In this document: in pieces, positions 1 to 11,029 of the stretch
Layout of the letters: every line of letters starts with the position of its first letter
How positions within the stretch are numbered: position 1 is the first letter of the stretch
Assembly: GCF_004010195.1 (NCBI RefSeq)
Contig: NC_057715.1
Span: 114,078,257 to 114,142,256 of the forward strand
Length of the DNA stretch: 64,000 nt
Reading direction: 5' to 3'
Source: Chiloscyllium plagiosum
Lineage: Eukaryota
The notes under the pieces: model-generated
Told to the model about the DNA's origin: nothing
What the model saw: only the letters and a program-made list of their open reading frames with translations
The model's database searches: none
Translations under genes and position numbers: made by a program

Positions 1-480
1 GAGCAGAAGACGCTGCCACCCATGGGATGGCTTAAGTCACCTGATGGCAGATTACTCGTGCTGTCTGCGTGCACACTGAGCAAAGTTGTTCCATTCACTT
101 CAGATGATTGCTCAATGATAACCTCTTGTGTCTGGGCCTTTTCATAAACCATGCCATTTTCATTGCTATGCATTCCATTCTTCAAGACATTGTACACAGC
201 CTTCTCCTGGTCTCCACCTTTGAAGGAATCACCTGAAACTTCCAATGCTGAAGAGGTATGCACTTTGCTATCATCTTGTGGTTGTGCCTCGAGGGTTACA
301 GCATGACTTATTGCTGTATTGTAGCTCGGGGGCTGATCTTGTTCAGAGTTCCCATGTGACTGCCTCCAAGCCCTTTCTGGAGAAGCTGCCTCTCTACTGT
401 GGAAAGCAGTATCTGATCCTGCAGATATGCTGGTCGTGTGTCTTCGAGGTACAGGAATGGCACTGGATAGAGGTCGATCA
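1..480 (-). CDS. UVRAG: UVRAG terminal coding exon (partial, runs off the window edge)
   Basis: Minus-strand acceptor ttctttattccccctctttgaag| at 481-483, then an open frame of about 160 codons: (TG|T=C)DRPLSSAIPVPRRHTTSISAGSD...AASPERA...QPPSYNTAISH...EVNGTTLL. It matches the recalled vertebrate UVRAG C-terminal tail (CDR..SSAIPVPKR, PPPSYN, VNGTLL). Phase 2 matches the upstream exon. Confidence 0.93.
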
Positions 481-559
481 CTTCAAAGAGGGGGAATAAA
501 AGAACCAGTTAACTTGGAACACACAAAATTTATCAATTATGTAATTTCACTACATTACC

Positions 560-1080
560 ACAACAACTTGCATTTATAGAGCATTTTCAAAAGCATCCTA
601 AAGCACTTCACAGGAACAAAGTTGAACCATATACTAGGAAATATTAAGCCAAGTTGGTCAGAGATAAGTTTTAAGAAGCACTTTAAAATGCAAGACAGAG
701 CACTAGACAGGAAAATCTATAGGAGAAAGCGAGGACTGCAAATACTGGAGATCAGAGTTGGGAGTGTGGTGCTGGAAAAGCAAGGCCAGTCAGGCAGCAT
801 CAGAGGAGCAGGAGCATTGATGTTTAGGGCATAAGCCCTTCATCAGGGCTTAGGCCCTGGAGTATCTGAAGACATGGTGCTACACGATGATGCAATCAAA
901 TGTTTAACAAGGCACAACAGATGGAGCCCAGAGGTCTTGGAAGATCTGGGGCTGGGATGACAAGGTTATGAAGGGATTCCAAGGGAAGGATGCCAGTGTT
1001 AAAAATCACTGCGTCACTAGATGGGAGAGCACAATACATCTGTGTAACTGGGATTTGTTTTGAATATCAACAGCTGAGCT
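560..1080 (-). mobile_element. Old L2-like LINE 3' end fragment (interrupted at 724-848)
   Basis: Starts caacaacttgcatttatagagc, the reverse complement of the gctatataaatgcaag tail shared with the Deu-SINE copies in this window; highly diverged. Confidence 0.5.
724..848 (-). mobile_element. Short Penelope-type element, family A (hammerhead-bearing)
   Basis: Matches the copies at 38365-38570 and 62586-62679. Reverse complement begins cCTGATGAagggcttatgcccTAAAc (GAAA mutated). Confidence 0.75.
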
Positions 1081-1505
1081 CTGTATGCACACAGTCATTT
1101 CTATCCATCACTTTGAAAACATTTCATACACTTGCATTATTAAAACAAAAGTTACAATAGTTAAGAACAGCTCACCTCGCTGCACCATTGTAGCTATTTT
1201 CCTCACCAAAACAAATAACATTAATGTCAGGTATATGCTTTGTTCCATGCCAGCAAGAGAATTAAGTGCATGGCTATCCCAGATGGGTAGTGACAGGACT
1301 ATGAAAAATTGAAAGTATTACAAAAGGACTTCCTCTATCTCATGAATTCCAGATGATTTCCACCTTCATGGTAGTGCTTTGATCATCTCACTTAGACAAG
1401 CATTTGAGGGAGAGGGGAATACAGACTGAATTTTGTAACAATCCAGATGAGAAAAGACAAAGAAAGCTCAAGTGGAACATAACATCTTGGCTATTGAGTG
1501 CAGTT

Positions 1506-2100
1506 TTGGTCTCCTCATCTGAGGAAGGGGCTGAAAATGTGTTGCTTGAAGAAGATCTCACCTGAGGAAGGGCATTGTTTCGATTGGTCTCCTCGTCTGA
1601 GGAAGGGCATTGTTTCTATTGGTCCCCCAGTCTGAGGAAGGGCATTGTTTCTATTGGTCTCCTCACCTGAGGAAGGGCATTGTTTCTATTGGTCCCCTAG
1701 TCTGAGGAAGGGCATTGTTTCTATTGGTCCCCTAGTCTGAGGAGGGCATTGTTTCTATTGGTCTCCAAAAAAGAGAAAATGCTGGAAAATCTCAGCAAGT
1801 CTGGCAGCATCTGTAAGGAGAGAAAAGAGCTTACGTTGCGAGTCTAACTGACCCTTTGTCAAAGCTTTTGATTGGTCTAGTCTGAGGAAGGGCACGGTTT
1901 CGATTGGTCTCCTTGTCTGAGGAAGGGCATTGTTTCGATTGGTCTAGTCTGAGGGAGGGAATTGTTTCGATTGGTCTAGTCTGAGGAATGGCATGGTTTC
2001 GATTGGTCTAGTCTGAGGAAGGGCATGGTTTCGATTAGTCTCTTAGTCTGAGGAAAGGCATGGTTTCTATTGGTCTCCTCGTCTGAGGAAAGGTATTGTA
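1506..2100. repeat. Minisatellite, about 14-15 units of 35 bp and 32 bp (ttggtctcctcgtctgaggaagggcattgtttcta), derived from CR1 sequence
   Basis: Units are directly visible, e.g. 1584-1618, 1619-1653, 1654-1688, 1689-1723, 1939-1970, 1971-2002. The array is interrupted by an insertion at 1767-1866. Confidence 0.95.
1767..1866 (-). mobile_element. Short Penelope-type element, family B, inserted in the minisatellite
   Basis: aatgctggaaaatctcagcaagtctggcagcatctgt... is shared with 11576-11725 and 29913-30122. Confidence 0.7.
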
Positions 2101-2577
2101 TCCAGAAAGGTTCACCTGACTGATTCCCGGGATGGCAGAACTGACAATATGAAGACCGACTGGATCAACTGGGCTTGTAATCACTGGAGTTTAGAAGAAT
2201 GAGGGGGAATCTCATTGAAACATGTAAAATCCTGATGGGATTGGATAGGCTAGATGCAGGAAGAAGGTTCTTGATGTTGGGGAAGTCCAGCACGAGAGGT
2301 TACAGTCTAAGAATATGGGGTAAGCCATTCAGGATGAGAAAGAACTTCTTCATGCAGAGTTGCGAAGCTGTGGAATTGTCTTCCACAGAAAGCTGTTGGG
2401 GCAAGTTCATTAGATATATTCAAGTGTGAGCTGGACGTGGACCTTGCTGCTAAAAGGATATAGAGAGAAAATGGGAATGAGATACTGAAATTGCATGATC
2501 AGCCATGATCATATTGAATGGTGCAGCAGGCTCAAAGGGCCGAATGGCCTACTCTTGGACCTATTTTCTATGTTTCT
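2101..2577 (+). mobile_element. CR1 LINE 3' end
   Basis: RGNLIETCKILMGLDRLD-type ORF2 C-terminus and a 3' tail ending gggccgaatggcctactc...ttctatgtttcta. Confidence 0.9.
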
Positions 2578-2644
2578 AAATACTCCAGTAAAGATTGAAG
2601 CTGTTTGTACTCTATAATCCACACAGCCCTATGCAATAGGACAA

Positions 2645-3070
2645 GTAGACCATTTGGCCCTTTGAGCCTGCTCTGCTATTCAATATGAATATCAACAATA
2701 TGATCATCTAATTCAATACCCTGGTCCCACTTTCTCCCCCATAATCTTTGAGCCCTTTATCCCCAAGAACTATATCAAACTCCTTCTTGAAAACAGTGTG
2801 TTTTGGCCTCAATTCCTTTCTGTGCCAAAGGCTTGTTGTTGTCTGGGTGAAGATATTTCTTATCCCAGTCCTAAATGACATACTCTGTATATTTAAGACT
2901 GTGGCCGCTGTTTCTAGACTTTGTAGTCAAAAGGAAATCCATCCTTCTTTTGCCTTGTCTAGTCCTGTTAGAATTTTACATTTCTATGAGATTGTCCCTC
3001 ATTTTTCTAACCTCTCACAGAATATAGTTCTAACCCACCTAGATCACTTCACATGTCAGCCTTGTAGTGA
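2645..3070 (-). mobile_element. CR1 LINE 3' fragment
   Basis: Reverse complement of the same 3' region (ggccctttgagcctgctctgctattcaat...). Confidence 0.8.
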
Positions 3071-3419
3071 CATGTCTCAATTAAACATTTGGAAGCATGA
3101 GAAGGGGATTTCTCTCTGCTGTCACTGCCCAGCAAGAGGGAAAAACTCACATCCCACAGGCTGGGAAATTACAGAGAAAAACACAGATAAAGCCAAGTAG
3201 AAACAGTAAGTCAACATTAACACCAGTTGGCTGCCCCTACAGCATGTGTAGAAACTCTAAACTCTATTCCTGGGCCATATTCATTATTGCTCCAAACAGG
3301 TTTAGCCAGTTTCATTTTTAATGCAGGTTTACCCTCTTCTTCCACTTTAACATTTCTCCTAACAACATGCTTACTTTCCTTGATTAAACCCTGCCCACGT
3401 GACAGAATATCTTGTCTGT

Positions 3420-4570
3420 CAGATTTAATTCAAGTATTTTGTCAATCACTAAGTCAGACTGATTGGCCTATGATTATGTGGCCTATCCCTCATAACTTTT
3501 TTAAACAATGTATAATGCTTGCAGACCACCAATCCTCTGGAATGTTTCCTTTATGTAGTGAGGAATGCTCTAAGAATTCTAACAGGTTTGTCAGGCATGA
3601 TGAAGCTGTGCTGACTCAATGCTATTTTATCACATGAAGACTTCCAAGTACTCCACAACCTCATCCTCAATCATGGACTTGAACATCTTACCAAACACCA
3701 TGGTCAAGCTAACCAGCCTATAGTTTCCGGTCTTCTGCCTCCCTCCCTTCTTTAACAGCAGTGTTACATTAGCCATTTTCCAGTCTGCTGGGACCGTTCC
3801 TGACTCCAGTAATTCCAGAAAGATCAGCACCAATGTCTCTCCTCAGCTATCTACTTCAGATCACTTGGGTGCAGTCGATTTGGTCTGGGTGACTTATCGA
3901 TCTTACCCAGCACTTTGACCTTAGTGATGATCACCACATTCACCTCTGCCCCCTGACCCTCAAAATTCTGGTATGCTGGTGTCTTCCACTGTGAAAACTG
4001 ATGCAAAGTACCAACTCATTTCCTCTGTTATTTCTTTGTTCCCTATTAGGACTTCTCCAGCCTCAATTTCCATAGGTCTAACATTCACTTTTGTCTTTCT
4101 TACCTTACAGATATCTAAAATCTCATGTATTCTTCTTTCACATGACTAGTTAGCTTATACTCACATTTTATCTTCTCCCCCTTCATTGTTTTTTTTAAAA
4201 AGTTTTCCTCTGCTGCTTTTTAAAAGCTTCCAATCTTCTGGCTTCCCACTAATCTTCACATCACCATATGCTTACTTTTTTGCTTTTATGCTGTCCTGAC
4301 TTCTCTCACCAGCCACAGTTGCCTCATCCTCTGCATAGTATGTTTCTTCTTCCTTGGAATGAATTTCTGCTGTCCCTCTCAAACTGCCCCCAGAAATCCA
4401 CATGCTTGGTCACCTCCTCGAAGAATTCTTCTTCCTTGGAATGAATTTCTGCTGTCCCTCCCAAACTGCCCCCAGAAACTCCCACCATTGCTGCTCCACT
4501 GTCTTCCCCGCTAGGCTCCCCTTCCAATTAATTCTGGCCAGCTTCTCCCTCAAGTCTTTGTAGTTACCTT
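3420..4570 (-). mobile_element. CR1 LINE ORF2 fragment (pre-RT region), decayed
   Basis: ORF 3630-3833 reads SGTVPADWKMANVTLLLKKGGRQKTGNYRLVSLT, the typical CR1 P.DW..ANV.P.FKKG....GNYRPVSLT motif. Confidence 0.9.
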
Positions 4571-4882
4571 AACATTACATCTGATTCTAGCTCATGAGGA
4601 TATTCAACCTGGACCTTTTTAGGTGCACACAGTCCAGCTTGGAGGCAGAAACCTTACATTCATTTTAAAAAATACTGTAAGCTATATCCCAGTGCTGCAA
4701 CCTGTAAGGCTGTGGACCAGCTGCAGCAAGTTGGGACTGGAATCAACAGCTACTCATTTCTTTTGAATGGCACAGACGTAACGAGCTGAATGGCTTCTTT
4801 CTGTGCTGTAAGTTTTATACAGTTCTAATATGTTGAGTGCATGCCTTGAGCTGCAGTAATTTCAAATCAAAATTTAACATAC

Positions 4883-5067
4883 TTGGCAAATTCTCCTCCA
4901 CCAAGAACAACGTTTGATCCAAAACAAGGTCTCTGTAAGTACACATTTGAACTATATTTGCTCAGAAGATCATTATTCAAACTGAGCACTTGGTAGCACT
5001 TCTTGGCGTAATCTTTGGTCAAGGGCTTTGACAGAAAGTGTGTTGTTTTAGTTTCTTGTTCAGTGGT
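4883..5067 (-). CDS. Candidate alternative (cassette) exon of UVRAG, 185 nt
   Basis: Acceptor tttgaagttatgtag|, donor AA|gtatgt. The only open frame reads TTEQETKTTHFLSKPLTKDYAKKCYQVLSLNNDLLSKYSSNVYLQRPCFGSNVVLGGGEFA+AA and ends phase 2, matching the terminal exon. Not repeat-derived. No transcript evidence available. Confidence 0.4.
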
Positions 5068-5189
5068 CTACATAACTTCAAACATATGAGACAGAAACTC
5101 AGTATTGTTTTTGTAAAATATGAACCTCAACGTCAGATTGGACACACCAAAATCAACACTTGCAAACTCCCACTAGGATACAGCAGAAG

Positions 5190-5530
5190 ATCATTTTTCT
5201 TTATTTTTTCCATGACATCAGTAGCTGCCAAAAACATATTGCCCATCTTTAACTATCCTTGAGAGGGTGGTACCTTACTACCATCTTGAGCTACTGCAGT
5301 CTGTGCAGCAAAGTATAGCCACATTGCAGTTGGCAATGGAGCCTGAGGATTTTCATTCTGTGATAATGAAGGAACACCAGTATAATTACATGACAGAATG
5401 GCATGTGGCTTAGAAGGAAACTTGAAGGTGGTATTCTATTGGATCTACCATACTAGTCCTTCTAAAGTGCTGGAGATCAGAGAGAAGTTGCTTTGGAAGG
5501 AGCCTTGAGAAATGCAGCAGCACATTTGAG
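5190..5530 (-). mobile_element. Second LINE family (CR1-like), 3' end, diverged
   Basis: Aligns by eye to 7563-7855 and 15478-15755. Confidence 0.65.
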
Positions 5531-6318
5531 AATGTGGTAAAATGCAGCCACACTGGGATGGTGGCAGGGGCCCTAAAAGCAATGGAGGGATTCATATTGA
5601 CCAGGTTATCAGAATAGCCCAGTTCTTAAAAACAAAATGCCATAGAATCTTGTTCCATGATCAGAGGGAACAGATTGGGTTTTCTCATTCCATCCCCAAA
5701 ACCCAGAATTTCTGAAGATATAGAATTCACTCAGTCCTATGCTTGGAATGTTAGCCTAGGTTTTGTGCTGAAGTATCTGGCATAAGATTAGAACCTCCAA
5801 CATTCTGATTGAGAGTTGAGAGTGCTACCACTGAGCTAAGGCTAACACAATGAAAAGTATTATGCAAGCAGCCTTAGTGAAACAAATAATCAAACTTATC
5901 AGGTTTCATGTTTTATAATTGCACATGATTGCAAACTGGTACATAATACTACATAGCTTTACTTACTGCACAAATGTCGACATTGCATTTTTATGGAATA
6001 CAGCACAGGACCTGATTGAACAGACAAACTGAACAACATAGACCAATGCTTCAGTGAACCCCATTGTTATTTAAATACAGATATGGCATTAAAACACCAA
6101 TATTATGTACGCAGGTCTTGAAATTTTAATCAAATTATAAAAGCAAAACCATGATTTTCTGACAGTATTATTTTCATGGTAATTCAGGTGTTATATTGAG
6201 AAATTTAAGGCAAAGTAACTTGTTAATGCAGCTACTGTCACTAAGTAATGCTGTAAGGTTGAAGCAATGTTCCCATTGAAATTCTCAACCTTGAAAATGA
6301 TATCAGACAGCAACATAC

Positions 6319-6343
6319 CAAGACCTGCCACCCTTTGGAGCAA
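6319..6343 (-). CDS. Possible 25-nt micro-exon (phase 2 to 0)
   Basis: First AG after a polypyrimidine tract (ttcatttttccccttgccttg...cccaag|), donor TTG|gtatgt. Reads (C)CSKGWQVL and would bridge exon 9344-9435 to 4883-5067 in frame. Confidence 0.18.
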
Positions 6344-7119
6344 CTTGGGTGGTGATGGTGGTCCACAAGGCAAGGGGAAAAATGAACTTACATTTAATTT
6401 TGAGCCACACTTTCAACTGAGTAATATGAATTAATACCACTGCCAAAGAGCAGGTTTCAGGTTTCCTACTTAGTCATACATAGAAAAGATTTTTTTTGTA
6501 ATGACATTCACTCTAAAGAAAACCCAGGAAAAATGTCAAACGCTCCTGTCTACTAAGACAACGTGCAAAAGTATTGGAGACTTTTAAGAGAATGGTATTT
6601 TTCAGGAAACCTTTCTCCTATAAAAATGAGCGGACAGCTTCTCCAATAACGTACTGTAGGATTGTACATTAATCTTTGATCTTAATGGGATCTTGCTCAG
6701 TGCAAACTAGCTATTGCACCTATCTACAGAACAGTCTGTGCATTTCAAAGTAAGTCATTGTCTCAAAGCACCTCACAAACATTGAGATGTGATAAAGTAC
6801 TGTATCAATGCAAGGCTATCTGACATCCAGATACAAGTTTTTCAACCCTGCATCTGCCAGTTCCCTACCTATTTAAACAAATATTGGCAGAACACACAGA
6901 GTTTAGGGAGCATTAAAAGAATGAGGTATTGTGCATTTAATAATGCTTTCTATAAGAAAGCACAATTGGCAATAAGCTGTAATTTATTAGCAAACAATTA
7001 ATGCATTTCATTAAACTCTCAAAGGAGACAACAATAGTATGGAACAAGAGGAAATGAAGCACAAGGTCATTCAGTTCATTGCTCCACAACTGCAGACGTC
7101 ACATAGCTGAACTATGAGA

Positions 7120-8280
7120 ACACAGTAGAGATGGTTCAGAGTGAATTAGACAAGTTGAATAAGTGGGCAAATGTGTAGTAGATGTAGTATAACATGGATA
7201 AATGTGAGGTTATCTACTTTGGTAGAAAGAACAGAAAGGCAGATTATTTGAATGATGATAGATTGGGAAAGGGGTATGTGCAACGAGACCCTATTGTCCT
7301 TGTACACCAGTTGCTGAAAGAAAGCATGCAGGTGCAGCAGATGGGGAAGGTGGAAAATAGTATGTTGGCATTCATAGCGAGATGATTTGAGTACAAGAGC
7401 AAGGATGTCTTGCTGCAATTGCTCAGGCCTTGGGGAGACTGTACCTGGAGTTATCACTCGGAGTACTGTGTCCAGTTTTGCTCTCCTTTGCTGAGGAAGG
7501 ATGTTCTTGCTAGAGGGAGTGCAATGAAAGTTTACTGGACTGATTTCTGGGATGGCAGGACATTTTTTATTCAATTGTGGGACATGTGTCACTGGCTGAG
7601 CCAGCATTTATTACTTGTCCAGAGTAGCCAGAGGTGATGGTGGTGGTGAGCCGCCTTTTTGGACCGCTGCAGGCCATGAGCTGTAGGTAGACCCATAATG
7701 CCGTGAGGGAGGGAGTTCCAATGACACTGAGGGAATGGTCATACATTTCCAAGTCAGGCTGGTAGGTAGCTTGGAGGGGAACTTGTAGGCGGTGGTGTTC
7801 CCATGTATCTGCTGCCCTTGTCCTTCAAGATGGAAGTGGTTTTGGGCTTGGAAATGGCATATGAAGAGAGACTGGATCAGTTAGGACTATCTTCACTGGA
7901 GTTTAGAAGAATGAGGGGGAATCTCAGAAACCTATAAAATTCCAACAGGACTGGACAGGGTAAATGCAGGATGTTCCTGATGACCAGAGAGTTCAGAACC
8001 TGGGGGCCACAGTCAAAGGACATTATCTAGGACTGAGATCAGTGTGGTGAGCCTGTGAAATTCTGTGCCACAGGAAGTGGTCAAGCCCAAAATATTGAAT
8101 GTTTTCAAGGAGGGGAGAGATCTAGTTCATAGAACCAAAGGATCAAAAGATATTGGGAGAAAGCAGGAACAAGGGATTGAATGGGATGACCAGCCATAAT
8201 CATACCGCGTGATGGAGCAGGCTCAATAAGATTAGCCTACTCCTGTTCCTACTGTCCATGTTTCTAATGTTTTCATATTT
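7120..8280 (+). mobile_element. CR1 LINE 3' portion split by a nested insertion
   Basis: DKCEVIYFGRKN and EYCVQFCSPLLRKDV motifs. The sequence breaks at gatggcagga (7560) and resumes at about 7857 atatgaagagagactggatc, ending in a CR1 tail. Confidence 0.9.
7563..7855 (-). mobile_element. Second LINE family 3' end nested in CR1
   Basis: Begins ttttttattcaattgtgggac (tail) and matches 15478-15755. Confidence 0.75.
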
Positions 8281-8824
8281 TCCAGTAGTAGACATGGCAG
8301 AGCAGAGGTAAATTGTGCGACTTACAAAGGAACAGTTGGAAAGTGATAGAGTAGACACAAATAGTGAGTTAGGACAGATGGAAAACTGCAAGTCACTTGG
8401 AATGGACAGCAGATTTACCCTAACATTGGCATCTACTTATGGACATGATACAGCAATGAGCATCAATGTACATATCAAGGCAGTCTTCGTGCACCTCTGT
8501 ACTAACACAAAGGAAGTATCTGCTTTGTATGACAGGAATATACAGCTGGGACAAGGTGAAACATTAAACAATGCACAATTAAAACTGCAGAGCTTCTACA
8601 ATGGAGAGGAACCACCTTTGGCCCATATTATGCTAATTTATGCTCCACAAGAGCCTCCCCTCTCACCTTACTTCACCTCACCCCATCGACATACCTCTAG
8701 ACCTTTATCAAGTTTCCCCTCAAATGCATCCATACTATCAGGAAGAAATTATAGCAGAGCTTTTCTATGCAAAGAGTTAGAGGGTTTTGCAATAAGAGAG
8801 AAGTTGAATGCAAGGTTGCCAAAG

Positions 8825-9022
8825 TCCTAGAGGACCATAGGGCTGCTCTCTTAGAGATGCAACTGGTGGTGGTTTAACCTGAGAGTCACCACACCTTGGG
8901 CAAGGACGGAGGTTGAGAAAGCAGGACCTTCATAATGAACTCAGCTTGTATAGAAATGGAATCTGCTCTGTTGGTGTCATTCTGCATCGCAAACCAGTTG
9001 TCCAGCCAACTGAGCTAGCCAA
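8825..9022 (-). mobile_element. tRNA-derived SINE (non-HE1 family, possibly Meta-domain type)
   Basis: Reverse complement starts ggctagctcagttgg (A box) and contains ctcaggttaaaccaccaccag. A second copy lies at 46602-46800. Confidence 0.65.
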
Positions 9023-9342
9023 CCTCCTTAATTTCGATGTAGACTTATCTCCAAAGGGCCAAGACAATCATCAAATAGGTTACCAGGGACAGCAACTGAT
9101 AGAGACAGTACAAATGATAAATTGCCATTTTTCTGAGAAAATGAAATTAAGGATAAAAAGATGAGCTTGATCTGTTAAACTAGAAAGGATGTGTTTGTTG
9201 GGCATATTAACAATTTCTTGCTTCTATAATTGTACTGTCCTTTTCACCAGATTTTGATTGGTAATAAATTCAGCTCGTCACATTATAATGTTTAAGCCCA
9301 ATTTATCCTCAACAAGAATTAATTGCAATGCTTGGATACTTA

Positions 9343-9459
<117 letters not shown>

Positions 9460-9748
9460 TTATTTTCTTACTGTTGTAGCCTTCAACAATGCATTTTTCC
9501 AAATGCAATAAAACAAAGGCCAGGCACACAGTCATTGATAAGCTCCTTTTACCCCCTCCAAATGCAATAGAGTTAGGGTTAGGATTAGGATTAATGTTAG
9601 GGTTTATAGAACAGTACCGGAAATATGAGAAGGTGGCAAAAAAAATATTTCATACCAATGGATCATATAATCAAAGTTTTGTTTCATTCCACAGTGGGAA
9701 TTAAGGAATTGATCATTGCATTGGATGCCTTTTCAACCCGGGTTTAGT

Positions 9749-10066
9749 GGGCGGCACGGTGGCACAGTGGTTAGCACTGCTGCCTCACAGCGCCAGAGAC
9801 CCGGGTTCAGTTCCCGCCTCAGGCGACTGACTGTGTGGAGTTTGCACATTCTCCCCGTGTCTGCGTGGGTTTCCTCCGGGTGCTCCGGTTTCCTCCCACA
9901 GTTCCAAAGATGTGCAGGTCAGGTGAATTGGCCATGCTAAATTGTCCGTAGTGTTAGGTAAGGGGTAAATGTAGGGGTATGGGTGGTTTGCGCTTCGGCG
10001 GGTCGGTGTGGACTTGTTGGGCCGAAGGGCCTGTTTCCACACTGTAAAGTAATCTAATCTAATCTA
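9749..10066 (+). mobile_element. HE1-type V-SINE, full length, young
   Basis: tRNA-like head (tggcacagtgg A box, ggttcagttccc B box), V-domain gtggagtttgcacattctccccgtgtctgcgtgggtttcctccgggtgctccggtttcctcccaca, CR1-like tail and (aatct)n end. CpGs are retained. Confidence 0.93.
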
Positions 10067-11029
10067 AACCACAATATGAAACATTGTGCAGACTAATTTA
10101 CAAATCAAAGGAAGCCATAGGCAAACTCTCAGGGAATGCTAGTTAGACTGTACCTCAAGCATGGTGTCCAGTCTGGTCACCGAAAGAGAAGGAAGATGCT
10201 CAAATACTGGAAGGTGCACCAATAAGATCCTTAATGTCAGAAGAATGAATTAGAGTAGAAAAAAATGCCCGTTCTCAACTGTGAAACTGAGTTGAAAAAA
10301 ATGAACAACTCAAAAGATTTTTGCAAAGTAAACTGTGAGATAAGATAATGACAAAATTTCAAGCAAGTTTTTATTTGCTAAGGGTAGCTAATAGATGGAA
10401 CAGAATCCTGGATAGAACACTGAAGTAGAAAACATAATTATTTAAAAGAGTACCCACTTCTGTTGTCTTTCATGATCTCAGATGACTCAAATGCTTTATA
10501 GTTAAAGTTGCTTATTCACTGTTGTCACGCAGGAAATGCTGCAGCTTATTTCAACACAGTTTAGCTGTAACTTTACTGCCTCATGGATAGATGAAATAAG
10601 GAGTAAATCACCTTCCTAACTTGTTCCTCTTTATATGCATTTCATGGGACATAGGCATTGCCAGCATCTGGTATTTGTTGCCACATCCCAAACAGCTCTG
10701 AAAAAGACGGTGACTTCTCCAAATAACGGAGGCTTGCTAGGCTATTTCAGAGAATAGTTAAGTCATTAGCCACACTGCTGTGGGTTAATCAAGACAACCG
10801 AAGTGGATTAGTGGTCTTGACGTTGATAGTTGAAGGTGAGGGTTCTTGAGGTGTAGTGGCAATGTTCCTAACTCTGAGCCAAGAGGGTTGGTTTAGGTCC
10901 CATTTGCTCCAGGTGTGTAATAACATCTCTGAACAAGTTGACTAGAAAATATTCTAACCTTGATAGTTGAAGATACATTGCACATTCACACTTGTATTTG
11001 AGCTATGATCCATGCAACCATACCCTTCA

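Noticed and set aside
245-499. 84-aa plus-strand ORF
   Set aside because: Antisense shadow of the UVRAG terminal exon.
1506-2100. CRISPR-like array of about 35-bp repeats
   Set aside because: Units are contiguous with no unique spacers, derive from CR1, there are no cas genes, and the DNA is vertebrate.
8315-8830. 171-aa ORF
   Set aside because: GTG start, no recognisable domain, and it runs through decayed repeat fragments.
9749-9820. tRNA gene
   Set aside because: The A/B boxes belong to a SINE head followed by a V-domain and LINE-like tail; the same applies to the other SINE copies.
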